Below, piece by piece: positions 59,405-64,000 of a stretch of DNA of 64,000 bases (positions are counted from its first letter, which is position 1; every line of letters starts with the position of its first letter). Below the pieces are notes generated by a model. The model ran no database searches. It worked only from the letters and a program-made list of their open reading frames with translations, and was not told the origin of the DNA. Made by a program: the position numbers and the translations under genes. This DNA comes from Desulfomonilia bacterium (GTDB lineage: Bacteria; Desulfobacterota; Desulfomonilia; UBA1062), in assembly GCA_050014195.1 (NCBI GenBank), contig JBEKDT010000014.1:75967-139966 (forward strand), written 5' to 3'.

Positions 59405-59842
59405 CTAGCGCTTGATTACCAGTACCGGGTGTTTTGCCTTTCTCACCACCTTTTCTGAAACCGAGCCGAGCAGCATCTCCTCCAGGTTGCTTTTCCCATG
59501 AGACCCGATTACGATCACTGAAGGATTTTCCTCTTCCGCCACCTTAAGCACCACCCGCAGGGGCACACCCTTTTCGAGTCGCTCCTTTACCGAAAAACCA
59601 TGCTGTTTCAGCTCGTTGACGATTAACGCGATTTCTTCAGACGAGCGCTTTTCAATCTCCCTCTCTATGCCGACAAAGTCCTGGATTGTGCTGTAAGAGC
59701 TCAAGAGCTCAAGGTTTGACTGGTCTATGACATGCAGTACGATCACTTCTCTGCTGCCGGCCTCCTTCAGACGCTTTACATACTGCAGGGCTTTTGCTGC
59801 AACATCTGAAAAATCCGTGGGAAAAAGTATCTTTTCAAACAT
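59405..59842 (-). CDS. Universal stress protein
   Basis: KILFPTDFS, IGSHG...LLGSVSEKVVR. Confidence 0.9.
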   Translation of the reverse strand: MFEKILFPTDFSDVAAKALQYVKRLKEAGSREVIVLHVIDQSNLELLSSYSTIQDFVGIEREIEKRSSEEIALIVNELKQHGFSVKERLEKGVPLRVVLKVAEEENPSVIVIGSHGKSNLEEMLLGSVSEKVVRKAKHPVLVIKR

Positions 59843-60050
59843 CTTCAACCTCCTGGATACTGTTTTCAAACCGGCCTGATACATGCAACCGAATCATTCC
59901 TTCATAATATAGAGAATACAGGAGTCAGGGGTCAGAATCCAGTATTCCTCTCAACCTTGTATTCATGCATGATAATCTGGTAAGATAATATGGGAATATA
60001 CGTACAACCCTCTAGAAGGGTTTGGCATTCGGTTTATCAAAGGGGCGTTT

Positions 60051-60704
60051 ATGAAGAGATTTGTTTGGATTGCAATAATGTTGTTTGCATTTATTTTTAC
60101 CATGGGCCTTCATGCTGAAGAGCCGTGGAAGCTTGCCAAGGAAGGTGACGGTATAAAGGTCTTCACGAGGCCTGTTCCCGGATCGGCCGCAAACGAGTTT
60201 AAGGGCATTGCCGAAATTGACGCACCAATTGAAGTGATCATCGAGGTCTTCAGAGACATCCCTTCATTCCCTCAGTGGTACGGTTTCTGTAAGGAGATCA
60301 AGCTGCTCAAACATGACCCTGAAAACCATAGGGTCATCTACTTCGTTCTGAAGACTCTTGGGCCTGTCAAGGATAGGGATTTTGTGGCCGAGGTCAACGA
60401 TGATTTTGACAAACAATCGGGCAAGTACACGATCATCCTAAAAGCCGTCAAGGAGGATATTGTTCCCAGGCAGGACAAGTATGTCCGTATGACGGATATC
60501 AGCGGCACGTACGATATGACTCGTATGGAACAAAATAAGACGCATGTGGTCTATACCATCAAGGCCGACCCGGCAGGCTATATCCCTGCCTTCATAGCGA
60601 ATATCATCCAGAAGGATCAGCCGTTCCTTACCTTGAAGGGTCTCAGGGTAATGGTCCAAAAGGATGAGTACTACCAGAAGGCAGGTATTGCACGGAAGAA
60701 GTAG
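60051..60704 (+). CDS. Secreted START-domain protein
   Basis: Signal peptide; WKLAKEGDGIKVF, PVKDRDFV, ADPAGYIPAF. Confidence 0.8.
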   Translation: MKRFVWIAIMLFAFIFTMGLHAEEPWKLAKEGDGIKVFTRPVPGSAANEFKGIAEIDAPIEVIIEVFRDIPSFPQWYGFCKEIKLLKHDPENHRVIYFVLKTLGPVKDRDFVAEVNDDFDKQSGKYTIILKAVKEDIVPRQDKYVRMTDISGTYDMTRMEQNKTHVVYTIKADPAGYIPAFIANIIQKDQPFLTLKGLRVMVQKDEYYQKAGIARKK

Positions 60705-60799
60705 GGTTACCTCGCATGATATACTTTCCCGGTGAGTCCATAGGTGGCGAACTCAAAAAAATCATCTTTGAGAGGGTCACCTTTTGAGAGCGACTTCGT

Positions 60800-61360
60800 A
60801 TGAAAGGAATATCCATGGCTGATGAACAGAAACATACAGGCCCTTGGAAGACCTTTCGGTTTTGCCCCGGCTGCGGTGCCGAAGGCATAGCTGTCCGCGC
60901 AGACCGTTCAGTGTTTTGTAAACAATGCGGCTTCCATTTCTATTTCAATGCCGCCGCAGCAGTGGCCGGTCTTATCGAGGACGATATTGGCAGGCTCCTC
61001 ATGACCGTACGCGCCCATGACCCGGCAAAAGGCGCCCTGGATCTGCCCGGCGGATTCGTTGACTTCGATGAGACCGCAGAGGATGCCCTGATGAGGGAGG
61101 TCAAAGAAGAGCTGAGCCTTGAGGTGAAGGAGTGTTCCTATTTCAAGTCATTCCCCAACACATACATCTATGACAACATCACCATGAGGACTATTGACCT
61201 CGCCTTTATCTGCACAGTGGAGTCCTTTGAGTCCCAGAGACTCTCGGATGAAATCAAGGATGTCCGATTCTTAAATCCTCTTGAAATATCCCTTGACCGC
61301 ATCGGGTTCGATTCCATCAGAAACATTGTTTCAACATACCTGCGATCAAGAACGGCATAA
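60800..61360 (+). CDS. NUDIX hydrolase with N-terminal Zn ribbon
   Basis: FCPGCG...CKQC; PGGFVDFDETAEDALMREVKEE. Confidence 0.88.
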   Translation: MKGISMADEQKHTGPWKTFRFCPGCGAEGIAVRADRSVFCKQCGFHFYFNAAAAVAGLIEDDIGRLLMTVRAHDPAKGALDLPGGFVDFDETAEDALMREVKEELSLEVKECSYFKSFPNTYIYDNITMRTIDLAFICTVESFESQRLSDEIKDVRFLNPLEISLDRIGFDSIRNIVSTYLRSRTA

Positions 61361-61409
61361 AACACCATTAGCCGCCCCGGGCGTAACATGAACTGAAGGA
61401 GATGAGGTT

Positions 61410-61649
61410 GTGGCGAAATTTCTCATCGAGGCCGTACCTGAGAGGTGCACAGGCTGTCTGAGGTGCCAACTGGCATGCTCTCAGCGGTATACCAAGGCCT
61501 TCAACCCTTCGGCAGCACGCATAAAGGTCGTTCTTAAGGGGGCTGGCTGTGAGGTCTCCTTCTCAGCCGAATGCACCGGATGCGGTATCTGCGTTGAGAA
61601 CTGTTTCTATGATGCCCTCCTGAAAAGGCCCGGAAAGGTGAAGTCATGA
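61410..61649 (+). CDS. 4Fe-4S ferredoxin-like subunit
   Basis: CTGCLRCQLAC, CTGCGICVENC. Confidence 0.8.
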   Translation: MAKFLIEAVPERCTGCLRCQLACSQRYTKAFNPSAARIKVVLKGAGCEVSFSAECTGCGICVENCFYDALLKRPGKVKS

Positions 61650-63487
61650 CCAGGGGAGGATTTGCCGGCAGGGTCCTGTCCGTGGACCTGACAAACAGGT
61701 TTATTGAAACGGCTCCCCTTGACCTGGTCATGGCGGAACATTTCGGCGGGGGGCTGGGCCTGTGTATAAAACTTGCCTATGACAGGCTTGATCCGACATG
61801 TGATGCCTTTTCTGATGAAAACACCATCGTTCTGGGCGCAGGGCCGCTTGTCGGTACCAGTCTCCCCGCCACCTCACGGGTATATGGCGTTACCCGGTTC
61901 CCGGGTAGCTCCAGGATCGGCTGGTGCGGGGGAGGGGGCATGGTATTCGGATGCCTCCTGAAGAATGCAGGGTATGATCATATCATCATCAAGGGCGGCT
62001 CCGATGTCCCCGTATATCTGAAGATTCTGGACGATGACATTGAGATCTTAGATGCAGCCTCTTTATGGGGGAAGGGTATCAGTGAGACCTATGAGCAGCT
62101 CATGGATAAGATCGGGAGGCCTGCAGGCGTGATCTCCATCGGCCAGGCAGGAGAAAATCAGGTTTCTTTCTCCATGGCTTATATCGACCGGATCTCCACC
62201 CTGGGCAGGGGAGGGTTCGGAGCGGTGATGGGCTCCAAGAACCTCAAGGCCATCGTGGTCAAGGGCACCAAGGGCATTCATGTCGCCGATGCCCGGGCCT
62301 ACAAGGCCTTGAGCGGTGCAATACTCAAAAAGATACGTGCCTACCCATACCTCAAGGAGTGGCAGGACTTAGGCCTTCTCAAATCGCTCCCGGTCGTGCC
62401 TCCTGATGTCTACCATGAACTGAAGCTCAGGAGGATCGCATGCGTCTCATGTCCCATCGGGGATAAGGACCTCATAAGAATTGCCGGTGAAGGCTCTGAA
62501 GAAGTCATATGTTCCAGTTCTGCAGTGAATCTCTTCATGCCGCTGGTCTATGGGTTCAAAGATCCCTTGGATGCTGCACGATGCATCGCCATGCTGGATG
62601 ATTACGGCCTGGACATGTTCGAGTTCTTCGGGGTCATGGCCTTTGCCGGGGAACTGCAGGACCGTGGGATCATCCCGCTAGAAGGGAAGGAGGATAAAAT
62701 CGATATCACCTCTTTGTCTTCCATGAAGGAGTGGGCAAGAAAGATCTCGCTGAGAAACGGCCTGGGCCGGATATTTGCGGACGGCTTCAGGGGCATGTTC
62801 AGTCAATTCGGCCCGGAGGCAAAGAAACTCGCCCCCTCTACGATAAAGGGCATGCTGACCTATATCGGCCCCAGGGGGCCGATGCCGTGGAACCTGTTCG
62901 GCACCATGGAGCTCGGCCAGGTCTTGGACCCAAGGGGGCCCCATGTGGGCTCCAGCGGATCACCAACATATTTTGCAAAGCGTGAGCTCGATGTCTTCCC
63001 CCAACACCTGAGGCGCATGGGTATCCCCGAAGATGCCGTCGGCAGGATCCTGCCCGGACTGGGCACCCCTTCCCAGGGGCTTAAAATAGGCAGGCTGCTG
63101 AAGTATTCCCATCAATGGTTCACCATCCTTGGTTCCCTAGGTATTTGTGCAAGGGCCCAGATCAACCGGTTCTATGATGCCGGCTTGTGTGCAAAGCTGT
63201 ATGAGGCAGTTACCGGGATCAAGACGGATCTCGATGCCCTCAGGCTGAGGTCGGATCGGGCCTGGACCCTGTTGTGCATGGCCAATGTCCGGGCCGGGTA
63301 TACGAGGAAGGATGACATTCTGCCTGAGAAATGGTTCCAGGATCCTGCCTTCAAGAATTACCTGACCGGCCGACCGTTAAGCCCTGATGACGTGGAGCGT
63401 ATGATGGACGACTATTATGACGAGCAGGGGTGGGACGTAAAGACCGGGATACCGACGCAGGAGAGGCTGAAAGAGCTTGGGTTGTGA
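61646..63487 (+). CDS. Aldehyde:ferredoxin oxidoreductase family protein
   Basis: LKNAGYD, GRGGFGAVMGSKNLKAI, DDYGLD, YYDEQGWD...GIPT. Confidence 0.88.
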   Translation: MTRGGFAGRVLSVDLTNRFIETAPLDLVMAEHFGGGLGLCIKLAYDRLDPTCDAFSDENTIVLGAGPLVGTSLPATSRVYGVTRFPGSSRIGWCGGGGMVFGCLLKNAGYDHIIIKGGSDVPVYLKILDDDIEILDAASLWGKGISETYEQLMDKIGRPAGVISIGQAGENQVSFSMAYIDRISTLGRGGFGAVMGSKNLKAIVVKGTKGIHVADARAYKALSGAILKKIRAYPYLKEWQDLGLLKSLPVVPPDVYHELKLRRIACVSCPIGDKDLIRIAGEGSEEVICSSSAVNLFMPLVYGFKDPLDAARCIAMLDDYGLDMFEFFGVMAFAGELQDRGIIPLEGKEDKIDITSLSSMKEWARKISLRNGLGRIFADGFRGMFSQFGPEAKKLAPSTIKGMLTYIGPRGPMPWNLFGTMELGQVLDPRGPHVGSSGSPTYFAKRELDVFPQHLRRMGIPEDAVGRILPGLGTPSQGLKIGRLLKYSHQWFTILGSLGICARAQINRFYDAGLCAKLYEAVTGIKTDLDALRLRSDRAWTLLCMANVRAGYTRKDDILPEKWFQDPAFKNYLTGRPLSPDDVERMMDDYYDEQGWDVKTGIPTQERLKELGL

Positions 63488-63503
63488 ATAGGCATTGATC
63501 GAT

Positions 63504-63570
63504 TGTAGGAGCGGCTTCAAGCCGCGATCAGCACCAATACGATCGGGTCGCGCCTGAAGGCGCTCCTACA
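63504..63570. repeat. GTAG-type REP doublet
   Basis: TGTAGGAGCGGCTTCAAGCCGCGA ... TCGCGCCTGAAGGCGCTCCTACA in inverted orientation. Confidence 0.75.
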
Positions 63571-63886
63571 GACACCTGATATCTATTTCTCGTTCTTGTG
63601 ATGCTTGATCACTGATAGTCTTCGCAGCATAGGCGCCAGAATCGATAAACCCGACATGTGGAAGTTCATAAAAGAAACCCCGGGGTGGAGATTTTCTGGC
63701 GGACGGCCCTGCCACGGCATTATAGTAAGATACTAACAGTATACAATTATTATTATAATTATTTAATTTAATAATAATAACAATATATTAATAGTATACT
63801 TTAATTATACTATCTAGAATATTTGATCTTGACAGCCTCAGAACAAGGATGCTAGGAATCTCGCACTATTTCTTTTAGGAGCTTAT

Positions 63887-64000
63887 ATGCATGAGATCAG
63901 GGTCCATGGGAGAGGGGGACAGGGTGCTGTCACTTCAGCTGAGCTCATAGCCATTGCCGCCATCGATACGGGCAGATTCGCGCAGGCTTTCCCCAGCTTT
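63887..64000 (+). CDS. porC: 2-oxoacid (pyruvate):ferredoxin oxidoreductase gamma subunit, 5' part
   Basis: [22 protein letters not shown]...AQAFPSF; runs off the window. Confidence 0.85.
   Translation, partial: MHEIRVHGRGGQGAVTSAELIAIAAIDTGRFAQAFPSF

Noticed and set aside
1-64000. CRISPR array, rRNA or prophage
   Set aside because: No regularly spaced direct repeats, rRNA-like sequence or phage structural genes seen.

Overview
Chromosomal window from an anaerobic, probably syntrophic deltaproteobacterium-like organism (inferred from gene content). Core genes: pit, orphan atpE, nfnAB, ychF, zapB-zapA-6S-ygfA-rny-tyrS. A large H2/formate region (18-41 kb) holds a multimeric [FeFe] hydrogenase with a HydB-GltD fusion plus maturases, a selenocysteine formate dehydrogenase (UGA plus SECIS), OFA and SatP transporters, and a HoxUYHW-like [NiFe] hydrogenase lacking HoxEF. 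A ~12 kb region (40.9-52.9 kb) carries three fluoride riboswitches controlling a MutS-like ATPase pair, HIT + enolase, and a dynamin-like GTPase + cation/H+ antiporter, with no Fluc/CLC-F in the window. The most unusual object is a 2244-bp IS1595-family element (perfect 22-bp TIRs, 8-bp TSD) inserted in the first MutS-like gene. It carries a tRNA-Leu-type body with a proline (UGG) anticodon and an oversized variable arm, directly downstream of a 29-codon ORF ending Pro-Pro-stop. All calls were made by eye from motifs and synteny; no database searches were run.
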